Notes: a model not told the origin generated them from the letters alone. Positions 13,114 through 30,256 are shown, numbered from the stretch's first letter. The stretch is 64,000 nt of DNA from the human T2T-CHM13v2.0 reference genome, Homo sapiens (GCF_009914755.1 NC_060936.1); one strand, 5' to 3'. Numbers and translations are program-made.

Positions 13114-13199
13114 AAAGGTTTATTTCTAATGAAAGGTTTATTTCTAATGAAAACTTGGTATAATTAAAGGTTTATTTCTAATGAAAACTTGGTATAATT
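13114..13199 (+). repeat. Nested perfect tandem duplication (18-bp unit x3, 34-bp unit x2)
   Basis: AAAGGTTTATTTCTAATG at 13114, 13132 and 13166. Confidence 0.95.
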
Positions 13200-13533
13200 C
13201 CAAACTAGACACACAAAGTAATGGAAGCTCTAAGATACATTGGTAAGATCAGAATTGTTGGTTTGTGTGCATAAACCAATATGTTGTTCTCTGGTAACCA
13301 TCATAGCTCTAGTTCCATTTATGTTATTGGCCCGAAGTGTTTAGTGGCCACAGCAATAACAAGAAGACTAAGATGTCTGTATATGTTAATGTTAGACTTT
13401 TGTTTTTGTTTTGTGAGTAAGCTTTATCATTTCCCAAGGAACCAGGTTCTATGCAACAAGATAATATGGTGTCTAATTTTATGTTGTTCAGGAAAGACAG
13501 TGGTTCCTGACTCAGGAAGACAGTCTCAGAAAC

Positions 13534-13662
13534 ATGTGGAATGATATTGAGCTGCTAACAAATGATGATACCGGAAGTGGGTACCTGAGTGTCGGTTCAA
13601 GAAAAGAACATGGAACTGCTTTATATCAAGTAGATTTGCTAGTGAAGATCTCTTCTGAAAAG
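13534..13662 (+). CDS. KNTC1: KNTC1 exon 2 (start codon)
   Basis: MWNDIELLTNDDTGSGYLSVGSRKEHGTALYQVDLLVKISSEK, recognised as the KNTC1/ROD N-terminus; AAG/GTAGTG donor. Confidence 0.93.
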
Positions 13663-14008
13663 GTAGTGATTATTACACTGACTGTTTCATTCACAGAATT
13701 TTTACTGAGTGCTTAGTAGGGCTAGTGGCCCACAGTAAATATTTTGTGAATGAACATAGCACTTCCTCAGGGAATCAAGATTCAATCTCAGATTGCTAGA
13801 AATTCACGTCTGAATACCCTCTGCATCATGTCAGGATCAGTATTTTCACAACTGAAGGATTCTTAGTTCCTCTTGATATTTCATGCATACAAAAATATGT
13901 GTAAGTTGATACAAAGGATATCTTTTTTTTTTTTTTTTGAGACAGATTCTTACTCTGTCACCCAGGCTGGAGTGCAGTGGTGTGATCACGGCTCACTGCA
14001 ATCTCTGA

Positions 14009-14239
<231 letters not shown>

Positions 14240-15180
14240 TGACTTAGGAAATAAAATGTTACAAATAGAGTTGAAGGCTCTGAGGGTCCATCCCTGAATC
14301 TGTGTTCCTCCTGTTTCCTACCAGAGTCAAGCACCCTGCTGAGTATGAGGTTTATCCGTGCATTTCTTTCTACATTTTAACTTTCTTCTGTCAGTAATTG
14401 CACCATTCTTGCTTCATGCCTGAAACCTTATTCTTTGCATTCTATAGAAGGTACTATTAGCTGGGTGTGGTGGCATGCACATGTAGTCCCAGCTACTTGG
14501 GAGGCTGGTATTTAATTCTTTTTTTTTTTTAATAAAAGAAATTTTTTTTCACTCAAATGGAATCTGACAGATAAGGCAGGGCATCCACTGTGGACGTTAT
14601 TCCTAAAGGGAATTAAATGTATGCTTTTGACTTTTTTTTTTAAACTGGCTGATGGGATTTTAAAAAGAAATCATTCTTTATGCAGCTTTAAGCTGGTGTC
14701 TGTGGAACTGTGCTGCTTTTTCTTGCTGTGGTGCTATCTCGGCTCGGCTCACTGCAACCTCTGCCTCCTGGGTTCAAAAAATTCTCCTGTCTCAATTTCC
14801 CAAGTAGCTGGGATTACAGGTGTGTGCCACCATGCTACTAAAAATTTTCGTATTTTTAGTAGAGATGGGGTTGCCCAGGCTGGTCTTGAACTCCTGGCCT
14901 CAAGTGATCCGCCTGCCTTGGCCTCCCAAAGTGCTGGGATTAAAGGCATGAGTCACTGTGCCTGATTTGTACCGCTTTAAATGTACCATGAATCATGTTA
15001 AAGGCAGTATAATCCAACAATAAGATAATTAGTATAAGATAAACATTAATTATGAGTAGTACAAATCTCATTGTATTTTTTGTCATTATTTATTAGAGGC
15101 AAAAATTTCAAGTGCAGCATTTCTTTTTTTTAAATTTTTTGAATCCTTCGAGACATCTGAAAGCACAGTTTCTATAATGA

Positions 15181-15408
<228 letters not shown>

Positions 15409-15671
15409 TAGCCAGGATGGTCTCGATCTCCTGACCTCGTGATCCGCCCGGCTCGGCCTCCCAAAGTGCTGGGATTACAGGCTTGAGCCACCGCACCCGG
15501 CCATTTGTTTTTTTTTTTTTTTAAGAGAGACTCTCACTCTGTAGCCCAGGCTGGAGTACAGTGATGTGATATTGACTCATTACAACCTCCCACTCCTGGA
15601 TTCAAGTGATTCTCCTGCCTCAGCCTCTGGAGTAGCTGGGATTATAGGCGCCTGCCACCACGCCTGGCTAA

Positions 15672-15914
<243 letters not shown>

Positions 15915-16578
15915 TGATCCACCCACCTCGGCCTCCCAAAGTTCTGGGATTACAGGTGTGAATCACTGTGCCCGGGCTTTATTTTTTAATATTATCAGGA
16001 GCCTTAAAACGTGGAAGTGGCTCAGGCCTTTCTTGACCTCAAGGTTGCTGTTGAAAAATAATAGTGCATGTGTATAGAATCTTGGATTCTGGTAGGAACT
16101 AAAATTCTATCTATTATTAGCACGTGGCATACACTTACCAACATGTTTTGAACATCTGCTATGTTCTGAGCCCAATATTAGGAACTTGGACATAAGATGG
16201 CATCTTATTCATTCCTTTTAGGATCTTACCTTAAAGTTAGGCACACAGGACACAAACAATAAAAGATGCTTAGCTGTGCAAGTCAGTATATGCTAAATGC
16301 CAAATGAACAGTACAGACAGTAAATGAGTAGGAATTCAGTGGCTGGAGAGCTCATTGTCGGTTGGGCAGTTTAAGGAGCATTTCCTTAAGAAACTATGTG
16401 TGAGCCCGGTGTGGTGGCATGTCCTGTAGTCCCAGCTACTCAGGCTGAGGCAGGAGAATGGCGTGAGCCCAGGAGTTTGAGGCCAGCCTGGGCAACATAG
16501 GGAGACAACATCTCTAAAAAAAATAAAAATTAAAATAAACTACACTTGCTTTGGGCCTTAAGAAGGAGAACAGTCTAG

Positions 16579-16839
<261 letters not shown>

Positions 16840-17574
16840 TAACCTTTTACTAGTTGAAGAAGCAAGTAAAAAGATAAGAAGGAGGCTGGGCGCAGTGCCT
16901 CACATTTGTATTCCCGGCACTTTGGGTGGTTGGGATGGAAGGATCGTTTGAGTCCAGGAGTTCTAGACCAGCCTGGCCAACACAGTGAAAACCCCGTCTC
17001 TATAAAAGAAAAAGAAAATTAGCCAGGTGTGATGGTGTGCATGTGTAGTCCCAGCTACTTGGGTTGGGGAGGCACGAAGATCCCTTGAGCCCAGGTGTTT
17101 AAGGCTGCAGTGAGTTATGATGGCATCACTGCATTCCAACCTGAGCGACAGAGGGAGACCCTGTCTCAAAATAAAGAAAAAAATAAGGTAGAAGAGGGAT
17201 CAGAATGTTGGGGAATTTTCAAGGATTACACCTGGAGAAGATGACTTTTGAAATAGTCATAAAATGAGGTGATTAGCTGTATTTTGTCAGGGAAGAATAG
17301 GACTGGTTAACATTTATTGAGCATATACTATGTGCAGGGCTCTCTCATAAGCCCTTTACGTGAATTCGTTTAATCTTTATTCAGGTGAACCTTGTAGGTA
17401 TTATTATTGTTACTCTTTTACATGGAGTTAGTTGATGCATTTGCCTAAGATCACTTAGCTAGTAAGGGACTGAGCTTCCTCAACCACTAATCTGTCCCAG
17501 TGCTTCAAGACAGCTATGTGTGGGAGGCTCTTGGCAACAGAAACTGAATACTGGAGACTCTGATTTGGCTTGTC

Positions 17575-17865
17575 TACTGTTTTTAAAAATGTTGGCTTAG
17601 CTGCCAATATTTAAAAATCAGAACATTTCACATAAAGATCCAGCTTCTGTTGATGAATTGGGAGGTATGGCCATGCCAGTGCTGCGTCCCCACCAGGCTT
17701 CCCACTGGCTGGTGTGAAGTAGACTCTATTCTTTCATGTCTGTGGGGGCATGGACCCTCCAGTTCACAGTTCACCACCGTTCCCCTGCCTAGCGTATCCA
17801 CGACACCAAGACTTTATGCCAATCTTGATTAATTCATTATGTTAATACCTGGCTCCTGCAGCATA
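17575..17865. mobile_element. MER102-like hAT-Charlie remnant
   Basis: GCCAATATTTAAAAATCAGAACATTTCACATAAAGATCC motif; degraded. Confidence 0.45.
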
Positions 17866-18134
17866 AAGTCAATCCTGAGGAAACAAGGACTTGAACATGA
17901 GAATCCTTTGCCCTTCCTGCTCATCCTGAACTGTTTTTCTACTTAGGATCCTGGATGGATTCAAGATATACCATACAAAGAAAAACTCGATGATTAATTA
18001 GATAGAGGGGCTAAAGAAAAAAAGCCTGTCAAGTTTTAAAGTGGGATATTTGGGAATTTGATGATACTATTGATAAGTATTATTAAACACATATAAAAAT
18101 GTTTGAATTTTCATCATGCTTTTCTCTCCCACAG

Positions 18135-18255
18135 GCCTCATTAAATCCAAAGATACAGGCATGCAGCTTAAGTGATGGGTTTATTATTGTAGCCGACCAA
18201 TCAGTGATATTGCTTGACAGTATTTGTAGATCACTTCAATTGCATCTTGTCTTTG
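18135..18255 (+). CDS. KNTC1: KNTC1 exon 3
   Basis: CCACAG/GCC ... TTG/GTAAGT; ASLNPKIQACSLSDGFIIVADQSVILLDSICRSLQLHLVF. Confidence 0.92.
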
Positions 18256-18714
18256 GTAAGTATAATGTAGTGAATGAAGTAAGATAAATTGGAAGTCAAA
18301 TACATCTGCTGCCAATTTCTGCTGGATTGCCTCCTCTTTACTCCATTATTTCTAAGATTTCAAATTAGACCAATTTCAAGTAATTAAGCTTGAGTGCTTA
18401 GTGCCTTATTTGCGTTGGGCACTAGAGTCAAAGGACACTGAGATGATCCCTTCTCTCAATACATCTGAGGGGAAATACACATGTAAAGCAACAACTTAGT
18501 TTACTTGCTTGTATTAGAATACTATGGAAAACATGAGCTCATTTGTGTTCAAATTCCTGAATCTTGTACAGAATTTCGGTATCATTAATGGGTATTTGCA
18601 TATTTTTAGAATTAATAGCTCTCTAAAAATCCTTTAACATACTTATGAATTAATTCTTCATCGAGCTACAAGGCTTCAAGTACATGCAAATGTGGATTTG
18701 AGAGTGAATTAAAG

Positions 18715-20334
<1,620 letters not shown>

Positions 20335-20878
20335 TAAGAACTTAGACAACTGAAAAGGAAACAGAACACATGCATTTTGGAACATATCTTGATTGCAACA
20401 TGGAGGCAAGAAACTTGTGTTTTATGGAACCTTGACGTATTGACCCTGATTGGTCCACAAGATTCACAGTTTCTTCTATTAAGTGGTGGGATGAGTAACG
20501 ATGATCCATTTGTGAAAAGACATTGTGGCGGAATAACTTGAGTTCGTAAGCCAGTTACATACTATTGTTTTTCTGTCTTGTCCCTTCCCTCTTTGCTTTG
20601 TTTTCTGTTACCTTGGCCTTCTTGCTTTTGCATGAATACAACAGGCACTTCCCACTCCATGATCTTTCCTTGAGCTGTGTCCACCATCTGAATGCTCGGA
20701 ATGCTCTTCATCTTAGTCATTTGGCTAACTTCCTCACCTCTTTCATGTCTCCTGTGAGCTTTCTAATTAACACTGCAAAATGCACCATTCTTCTGAGCTC
20801 TCTTACCTGGCTCTACATTTTTTTCCCCAGAACATCTATCACCTTCTTACATGTCTCACAGTTTGTTTATTATGCTAA

Positions 20879-21216
<338 letters not shown>

Positions 21217-21810
21217 TGAGCTCTGTGACGGTGGTAATCTTTTGTTACTGTTCTCAGATATATGTAAAAGGCCTAGAACAAAGTTTACCATATAGTAAGT
21301 GCTCAGTAAATATTTCTTGACCAGCTGCATGCAGTGGCTCACATCTGTAACCTCAGCACTTTGGGAGGCAGAGATGGACAATCGCTTGAGCTCAGGAGTT
21401 CGAGACCAGTCTGGGTAACATGGCAAAACCTCGTCTGTACAAAAAATAACCAAAAACTAGCTGGCCATAGTGGTGTGTACCTGTGGTCCCAGCTACCTGG
21501 GAGGCTGAGGTGGGAGAATTGCCTGACTGAGCCCAGGAAGTCTAGGGTGCAGTGAACTGGGGTGGTACCACTGCACTCCAGCCTGGGTAGCAGAGCGAGA
21601 CGCTGTCTCAAAAACAAAACAAAACAAAAAATATTTGTTGACTGAATAAAAGTCAACAACATTCTTTTTTACTTTCATCACATCTGTTTTGCAGTATTTA
21701 GAAGTAACTTAAGTAATCGTTGGCTTTTTAATGAGAAAAATTTGTATTTTTTTTGTATTGAAAATAAAGATTTTCGAAGGAAGCTTGTAACTTTGATTTG
21801 AAATTTTCAG

Positions 21811-21926
21811 ATACTGAAGTGGATGTAGTTGGCCTTTGTCAAGAAGGAAAGTTTCTTTTGGTTGGCGAGAGAAGTGGCAACCTACATCTTATTCATGTAA
21901 CATCAAAACAAACACTACTCACTAAT
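21811..21926 (+). CDS. KNTC1: KNTC1 exon 4
   Basis: TTTCAG/AT ... AAT/GTAAGA; DTEVDVVGLCQEGKFLLVGERSGNLHLIHVTSKQTLLTN; frame continuous. Confidence 0.92.
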
Positions 21927-22063
21927 GTAAGATCTTGTTGTATTTTAATTTTCATTATTTAAATTCTAAATAATCTCTTAGACAACTAAAACTCTAGCAA
22001 ACTATTACTTAACATGTGTTTTAAATTAAAGCAATGTTTTTTTGAACAATTAAGCTTTGAAGG

Positions 22064-22790
22064 TGTTACCACAGCTTGGATCCTGAGTTCTTGGCTCTCG
22101 TGTAAATAGAAATTAACACCAGGTCAAACAGAAATTTTCCCAGGGAATGTTTAGTAGGCTTGTGGCTCAAGGAATCTCAAGGAAACAGCGTATGGGAAAG
22201 GGATCCCAAGTGCTAGCTCCCCGAAGGGCTTAGCTCTTGTCATTTTGAGGAAGCTGAGGTGAAAAAGGGAGTGATTTGTAGGCATGTAGAGGCAGGGAAC
22301 TTTTAGCGCCTGTGAATTTTGGTCGCATCCTTTTTCATGTGTTGTATATCTCACTAGCATGTTAAATCTCCATCCCTGGGTGTGATTTTTAGTATCATAA
22401 TTAGGTTAAAATTAGGAAATACTTGGTGAAAGGCCAGGGTTGAAGTCCACCTTGTCTTCAGCTGGCTGGATCTGGTCAGGTGCTTAGCAGGACTGCTAGA
22501 ATCCTGATTTAGTAACCTTGGAAGATGGTCAGGTTTTTATTAGGAATGCTAGAGTCCCACTTTAACAACTTTGGGAGAAGTAACTCCAGGAGACAAATGG
22601 TTAGGTTCTTGTATGGTTGGGAATTCAGCTTGGTCAGCTAACTCAGGAGCAGGCAGCTTTCTGCTGTTTGATTCCAGTCAGCTTGTTAAGGGAGGCAGGA
22701 AGGTAGAGGAGGGAATGCCCAGACATATGAAGCCTTTGGGGTCTTGGTTACCATGTCTCTTGCCTGCCAGGATTGAGTTTCTTCCCTATA
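22064..22790. mobile_element. Probable ERV LTR (family not assigned; right boundary approximate)
   Basis: Abrupt GC rise beginning TGTTACC in an AT-rich intron; LTR-like composition. Confidence 0.5.
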
Positions 22791-23147
22791 CTGAATGGTA
22801 TTTTAAATTAAAAAAATGTTTTTTTGAAAAATTAAGCTTTGAAGGTGTTACCACAGCTTGGATCCCGAATTCTTGGCTCTCACATAAATAGAAATTAGCA
22901 CCAGGTCAAACAAAAATTTTCTTAGGCCAGGTTTAGTAGGCTTGTGGCTCAAGGAATCGCAAGGGAGCAGTCTTGAAGGTATTTAGTACACTTGTCCAAA
23001 ATAGTTTTCCATTTTAAAAGTAAGATGTTTAGAATATAGGCAGAATTATTGCTAATGATAATTGATAACTCTAGAGTTTAAAGAATAAAATCCTTGATTG
23101 TATTTTTCTATGTTTAATTTTATTATTTGAAATTAATTTGCATTTAG

Positions 23148-23226
23148 GCATTTGTTCAGAAAGCTAACGATGAAAATCGGCGGACTTACCAGAATCTTGT
23201 CATTGAGAAGGATGGTTCAAATGAAG
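23148..23226 (+). CDS. KNTC1: KNTC1 exon 5
   Basis: AG/GT bounded; AFVQKANDENRRTYQNLVIEKDGSNE. Confidence 0.9.
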
Positions 23227-23570
23227 GTAAGTTTTCCTGAATTTTTTTTTGAATGACTTTTTTTTTTTTTTTTTAATGGAGTCTCCCTTTGTCGCCCAGG
23301 CTGGAGTGCAGTGGCGCAATCTCAGGTCACTGGAACCACCAGCTCCCAGGTTCAGGCGTCTCCTGCCTCAGCCTCCTGAGTAGCTGGGATTACAGGTGTG
23401 TGCCACCACGCCCGGCTAATTTTTGTATTTTTAATAGAGATGGAGTTTCACCATGTTGGCCAGGCTGGTCTCAAGCTCCTGACCTCAAGTGAGTGATCCA
23501 CCTGCCTCGGCCTCCCAAAGTGCTGGGATTACAGGCGTGAGCCACTGCGCCCAGCCTGAATGACTTCTGA

Positions 23571-23852
<282 letters not shown>

Positions 23853-24734
23853 TAGGCTGGTCTTGAACTCCTGACCTCAGGTGATCTGCCCGCCTCAGGT
23901 GATCTGCCTGTGAGCCACTGTGCCTGGCCTTTTCTGTATTTTTTATACATTTTTTTCTATCAATGCAATTAATATTGTAAGAAACAATTTTTAAATTTTT
24001 GAAAAAAATTTTTAAAGCTCTTTTTAGATGTTTAAATATATACTTTTCCTAAATATAATATTCTGAACTTGTTTTTACAGTTTTGAGATTTCTATAGGTT
24101 ACCAAGGAGACATTATATTCTTTTAAAATGTGTTTCTGGGCTTCAGTATATTATTATATTTTTACTTCAACAAGTGTTAACTGGGCCTTAGTTTATTTTG
24201 ATATATCTGAGATTTTTTTTTCTGGCACATGAAGTTTGTTGTTTTAATAAAAGTTTCAAAAGAAGTTAACAATGTTTTTGCAAATAACCTACTAGTTCTT
24301 TGTAAATAAGTTTTATCTGTAACATTACTATAATATTTGATCATTAGAATTTAAATGAGCAGGCTGTGTGTGGTGGCTCACATCTGTAATTCTAGCACTT
24401 TAGGAGGCTGAGGTGGGAGCATTGCTTCAGTCTAGGAGCTCGAAACCAGCCTGGATAATATAGAGAGACCGCCACCTCTACAAAAAATAAAAAATTAGCC
24501 AGATGTGTTGGTGTGTGTCTGTAGTCCCACTTTCTCAGGAGGCTGAGTTGGGAGGATCTCTTGGGCCTGCAGTGAGCTGCGATCGCTGCACTGCAGTGTC
24601 TGGCCTGCGAGTGCAGGCCATTGCACTCCAGCCTGGGAGATAGATTGAGACCCTGTCTCAAAAACAAAAAACAAAAAAAAAACCTTCAAATTGACATATT
24701 TTTAAGGTAGTTCCAGATACTGTTTGTTTGTGCT

Positions 24735-24831
24735 TGCCTGCCTGCCTGCCTGCCTGCCTGCCTTCCTTCCTTCCTTCCTTCCTTCCTTCCTTCCTTCCTT
24801 CCTTCCTTCCTTCCTTCCTTCCTTCCTTCCT
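24735..24831 (+). repeat. Compound (CCTG)n(CCTT)n microsatellite at an Alu tail
   Basis: Directly visible. Confidence 0.95.
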
Positions 24832-25546
24832 CTGTCTCTCCCTCTCTTTTTTTTTTTTTCTGAGATGGAGTCTCACTCTGTCACCCAGGCTGGAGAGCAA
24901 TGACGCAATTTCAGCTCACTGCAACCTCCACTACCCGGGTTCAAGCAATTCTCCTGCCTCAGCCTCCTGAGTAGCTGGGACTACAGGCACGCACCACCAC
25001 AACCAGCTAATTTTTATATTTTTAGTAGAGACGGGGTTTCACCATGTTGGTCAGGCTGGTCTCGAGCTCCTGACCTCGTGATCTACCTGCCTTGGCCTCC
25101 CAAAGTGTTGGCATTACAGGCGTGAGCCACTGCGCCCCGCCTCTTTCTGTCTTTCTCTCTTTCTTCAAAAGCCACGTTCAAACAGACACTGGTTTAAATT
25201 TTATATCCATGTGCCTTTTAAAGTAACTGATTCCCAGCCGTGAGCAGTGGCTCAGGCCTGTAATCCCAGCACTTTGGGAGGCTGAGGCAAGCAGATCATG
25301 AGGTCAAGAGATCAAGACCATCCTGGCCAACATGGTGAAACCCTGTCTCTACTAAAAATACAAAAATTAGCTGGGCATGGTGGTGCACGCCTGTAGTCCC
25401 AGCTACTTGGGAGGCTGAGGCAGGAGAATTGCACCCTAGAGGCGGAGGTTGCAGGGAGCCGAGATCGCGCTGCTGCACTCCAGCCTAGCGACAGAATGAG
25501 ACTCCATCTCAAAAAAAAGAAACTGATTCTGATTTTATTTCAATAG

Positions 25547-25624
25547 GTACCTATTATATGCTACTTCTTACATACAGTGGATTTTTTTGTATTACAAACC
25601 TTCAGCTTTTAAAAATTCAACAAG
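25547..25624 (+). CDS. KNTC1: KNTC1 exon 6
   Basis: AG/GT bounded; GTYYMLLLTYSGFFCITNLQLLKIQQ. Confidence 0.9.
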
Positions 25625-26317
25625 GTAAGTAATACATTATATTTTTATTATTGATTTGCAGCAATATTTACTAGTTTTATTAATGTAATAGTAAAATTTT
25701 AAGTACTCTCTTTAAGCTTATTTTATCTTACTTGTATTTAGTTATAATTGGGTATACTGTTAAGTATTCAGAATACAGTTATTCTCCTCTGTTAGAGCTG
25801 GAACAGTATCTGAATAAATGTAATTTTGATATGGCCTTCAAGGAGCTTAGTTTGGGGAGATAAGCTTCAACAGTTTAGTTGGGGAGACAAGACATATGCT
25901 AGCACAATAGTAAATACTTTTTAATGTGGTGGATGAACCTGGAAATGGAAATGACTATGTAGTGTTAATAGTGCAGAACAGGGCTGGCGTGGTGGCTCAT
26001 GCCTGTAATCCTGGCACTTTGGGAGGCCAAGGCGGGCAGATCACCTGAGGTTGGGAGTGCAAGACCAGCCTGACCAACATGAAGAAACCCTGTCTCTACT
26101 AAAAATACAAAATTAGCCAGACAGGGTGGCAGGCGCCTGTAATCCCAGCTAGTCGGGAAGCTGAGGCAGGAGAATAATTTGAACCCAGGAGGCAGAGGTG
26201 CGGTGAGCTGAGATCACGCTGTTGCACTCCAGCCTGGGCAGCAAGAGCGAAACTCTGTCTCAAAAAAAAAAATATATAGTGCAGAACAATAATGTAAAAT
26301 ATGTTTTAAGCTAGTAG

Positions 26318-26713
<396 letters not shown>

Positions 26714-27096
26714 TGATATTTTTAAAATACTGACTTGCCAGGCCTGTGCTACGTCTTGGGCATATGACAAGATTGAAGATTTGTTTTCCATAGCTTCATG
26801 ATGGAGCTAGAAACGTAAGAGCTATTCCAAACAGTGAGAAGCACAGGAGAGTTGGAGTAGGGAGAAGATCCCCTTAGTAGGAAGAGAGGTGGTAAGGGTA
26901 GGTATGGAGAGGTACTGGCTGGTGCCCTGAATCTAACATGTCACAGTTAGCGTATTTTGGTCAGGGGCAAAACTTAATTCTCACCAGTGTTCTTTGAACT
27001 AGATTGTATTTAATTTCACCTTGACACAAAACAGGTGACTTGTATCATTTTGTAGATTAATACTATACATTTAGCCTGCTTTCTTTTTTAATGCAG

Positions 27097-27131
27097 CAAT
27101 TGAGAATGTAGACTTCAGTACAGCAAAAAAG
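27097..27131 (+). CDS. KNTC1: KNTC1 exon 7 (35 nt)
   Basis: ATGCAG/CA ... AAG/GTAAGA; AIENVDFSTAKK; needed to keep the frame. Confidence 0.87.
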
Positions 27132-27655
27132 GTAAGAAAATAAATCCATATTGTCCTCTTAAAAAAATTACATTTAATATTAATGTAGTAGAATGTTTCT
27201 GTATATAATTGGTCTACTTCTTGATATTTTAGAAATTATTATGATATAACATTTTAATAACATTTCTATTTAAAAATACATTTATGCCCGTAATCCCAGC
27301 ACTTTGGGAGGCCAAGGGGGCGGATCACCTGAGGTCCGGAGTTCGAGACCAGCCTGACCAACTGGAGAAACCCCATCTCTACTAAAAAATACAAAATTAG
27401 CCGGGGGGTGGTGGCGCATGCCTGTACTCCCAGCTACTCAGGAGGCTGAGGCAGGGAATTACTTGAACTCGGGAGGCAGAGGTTGTGGTGAGCCGAGATT
27501 GCGCCATTGCACTCTAGCCTGGGCAACAAGAGCAAAACTCTGTCTCCAAAAAAAAAAAAAAAAATTTATAACTGATTGATATCAACTGATTTTAGTGATT
27601 TTATGGAGCATAAATATGTATTATATATATGACGTTGTTGTTTTTAATTTTGCAG

Positions 27656-27766
27656 TTACAAGGACAAATCAAGTCCAGTTTTATTTCTACTGAAAATTAT
27701 CATACTCTTGGTTGTCTCAGTCTTGTGGCTGGAGATTTAGCAAGTGAAGTTCCTGTGATAATTGGG
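27656..27766 (+). CDS. KNTC1: KNTC1 exon 8
   Basis: AG/GT bounded; LQGQIKSSFISTENYHTLGCLSLVAGDLASEVPVIIG. Confidence 0.9.
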
Positions 27767-29673
27767 GTAATTGTTTTTATAAAGTTTTGTTTTTTGTTGC
27801 CTAAAGCATTTTCTCAGAAAAATGTTTTTGTTTTGGTTAAATTGCAAAATAATTTGTAACATATAACCGAAACAAGGAAATTATAAAATTAAGGTAATTA
27901 AAAATAACTCAATAAATAAATTTCTGTCTTGGAAAAAATATTGCATCTTTACTTTCCCTAGTCTTTACCTGAAAGTACAGCATTTTTTTCAATTATGAGA
28001 GCAGACAAAAACGATAGAAAACAAAACCAAAAAATTCCATTGTTACAGTACCTGTGACTTTGTCACTAATGGAAAAACAGCACATTATTGCAGCTGTCTT
28101 GAAATAAATATTTACACACCACTACTTCAAAATTATGGTCATCATAGTTTTTCTAATAGGAAGTGTAATTACTACTGGTGACATACTCACAGGGACTGCT
28201 GATTCTACTGCTTTTTGTTTTTTGGGGTTTTTGTGGCCTACATTCATAAGTGAAAGAAATTCTGTTTCAGATGGAGATTAGTGAAAATAAAGATGTAAAT
28301 TTTTTGCCCATCCAGCTTCACAAATCCGTTGAATCTTGAAATAATTCAGGTTAAGAACCTTAGTGTTAGAGAATGGTCCTAAAGAGTAAAGTGTCTTTGA
28401 TGTAATGCCTGCCTCCTAAGTGATTCTACGTTATTCTTAGTCTTGGCTAGCTAGGCTACTTGCAAGTTTTGTTATTAGTGAAATGGGAACGTGGACAAGG
28501 ATGCACGTAGAAAAGCACAATTCATTCACAACCATTGGCATGTATACATTGCTGTATAATGTCTTATATCTCATGTTACATGTAAAAAGTAACATTTCAT
28601 TATTGGTATGTCACTTCCAGTAACCCTGATCATAATTTCTTTAAATTTTGGGGGAAAATACCTAATGTTATATTCAAAGAATAGGCAGAAACTCAGTATA
28701 ATTACGTTTACAACATTTTTACTTGCCAAATTTATATATTAAGAAGTAGTCAGCTGCGTGTCATGGCATGCTCCTATGGTCCCAGCTACTTGGGAAGCTG
28801 AGGCAGAAGAATTGTGTGAGCCCAGGAGTATCAGGCTGCAGTAGCTCTGATCACACCTGTGATCACCCCACTTCACTGCGGCCTGGCAACACAGTGAGAT
28901 CCTGTCTCTAAAAAGAGAAGAAACAAAAAAGAGAGAAAAGAAGCAGTCATATTTCCACATTGAGCATATCTAATTTAACATTTCACCAGGGTTTCAAAGA
29001 ATTTAAAATTAATATTTATAAATTTTTTTTCCAAATATCTGTGGTATTTTAATGAAAATACTTATCAAAGACTATATTTTAATCATAATCCTGGAAGAGG
29101 TCTTAAAAGTTCACTGCATGTCTTTAGTGCTAGTTGCCTAAATACGCTCATTAAATATTTATGTGAAGGCTGGCATGGTGGCTCATGCCTGTAATCCCAA
29201 CACTTTGAGAGGCTGAGGTGGGAGGATTGCTTGCGCCCAGGAGGTTGAGACCAGTCTCAGCAACATAGGGAGACCCTGTCTCTACAACAAATAGTAAATT
29301 AGCCGGGTGTGGTGATGCTCACCTGTAGTCCCAGCTACTGGGGAGGCTGAGGTGGGAGGATCGCTTGAGCCCAGGAGATTGAGGCTGCAGTGAGCTGTGA
29401 TCACTGCCCTCCAGCCTGGGCAATGGAGTGAGACCCTGTCTCAAATTAAAAAAAAAAAAAAAAATTGTAATAACCATGAATTCCAATAGTACACTGTTTT
29501 TTTCATTCTCTTCAGAAACCAAGAGAGGAACTGGAAGATGAAACCTAGTTAAGTTAGAATATGTAAATATATTTTAAAATTAGTAACCTATAAAACTTAC
29601 ATGTTTCTACTTTGAGGAAGGCTCAGGTCTAAGAATGAAATTTGCATTTTAAGTACTGTGTTCATTTTTCCAG

Positions 29674-29767
29674 GGAACCGGTAATTGTGCATTCTCAAAA
29701 TGGGAACCAGATTCTTCCAAGAAAGGAATGACAGTTAAGAACCTTATTGATGCAGAGATTATTAAAG
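29674..29767 (+). CDS. KNTC1: KNTC1 exon 9
   Basis: AG/GT bounded; GTGNCAFSKWEPDSSKKGMTVKNLIDAEIIK. Confidence 0.9.
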
Positions 29768-30119
29768 GTAAAATAAGTTAATGAAACTACTTTAGACAAT
29801 TATTAGTGAGTTTTAATTTTTATGTCAGTGTACTTAGACTGACATATGGGTCATTTTACCCTACCACTCTTTGAAACAAGCCAGAATAGCTTGATGGTTG
29901 TTCACATACAGAACAGTTCTTGACATGTTACAGTTGTTACTCTTCATTTTGGGAGGTTTTACATTTTAGTAATCACCTAACAGAAATAGAGGCAGGAATA
30001 AAGGAAAATGGGACCTAGTAATTATGTAGTTCTGCCTTTCTGTGAATATGTTAGTTTTTTATTTAGATATATGAAATATTGAAATAAAATCCTGAGACAT
30101 CTTATTTTCTCTTTTGTAG

Positions 30120-30172
30120 GTGCAAAGAAGTTCCAGCTGATAGACAATCTACTTTTTGTTCTTGATACTGAT
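30120..30172 (+). CDS. KNTC1: KNTC1 exon 10
   Basis: AG/GT bounded; GAKKFQLIDNLLFVLDTD. Confidence 0.88.
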
Positions 30173-30256
30173 GTATGTTTCTTGTTTCTCCTTCAATGTT
30201 TTTACTTGATATGTTTTACAACAAAAATGTCAGACTTACAAAGGCAAGGGTTTTAG

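Noticed and set aside
13114-13199. CRISPR-like direct repeats
   Set aside because: No unique spacers and a eukaryotic context; simple tandem duplication
24658-24970. KEGR / PSFL repeat ORFs
   Set aside because: Translation of the CCTT microsatellite
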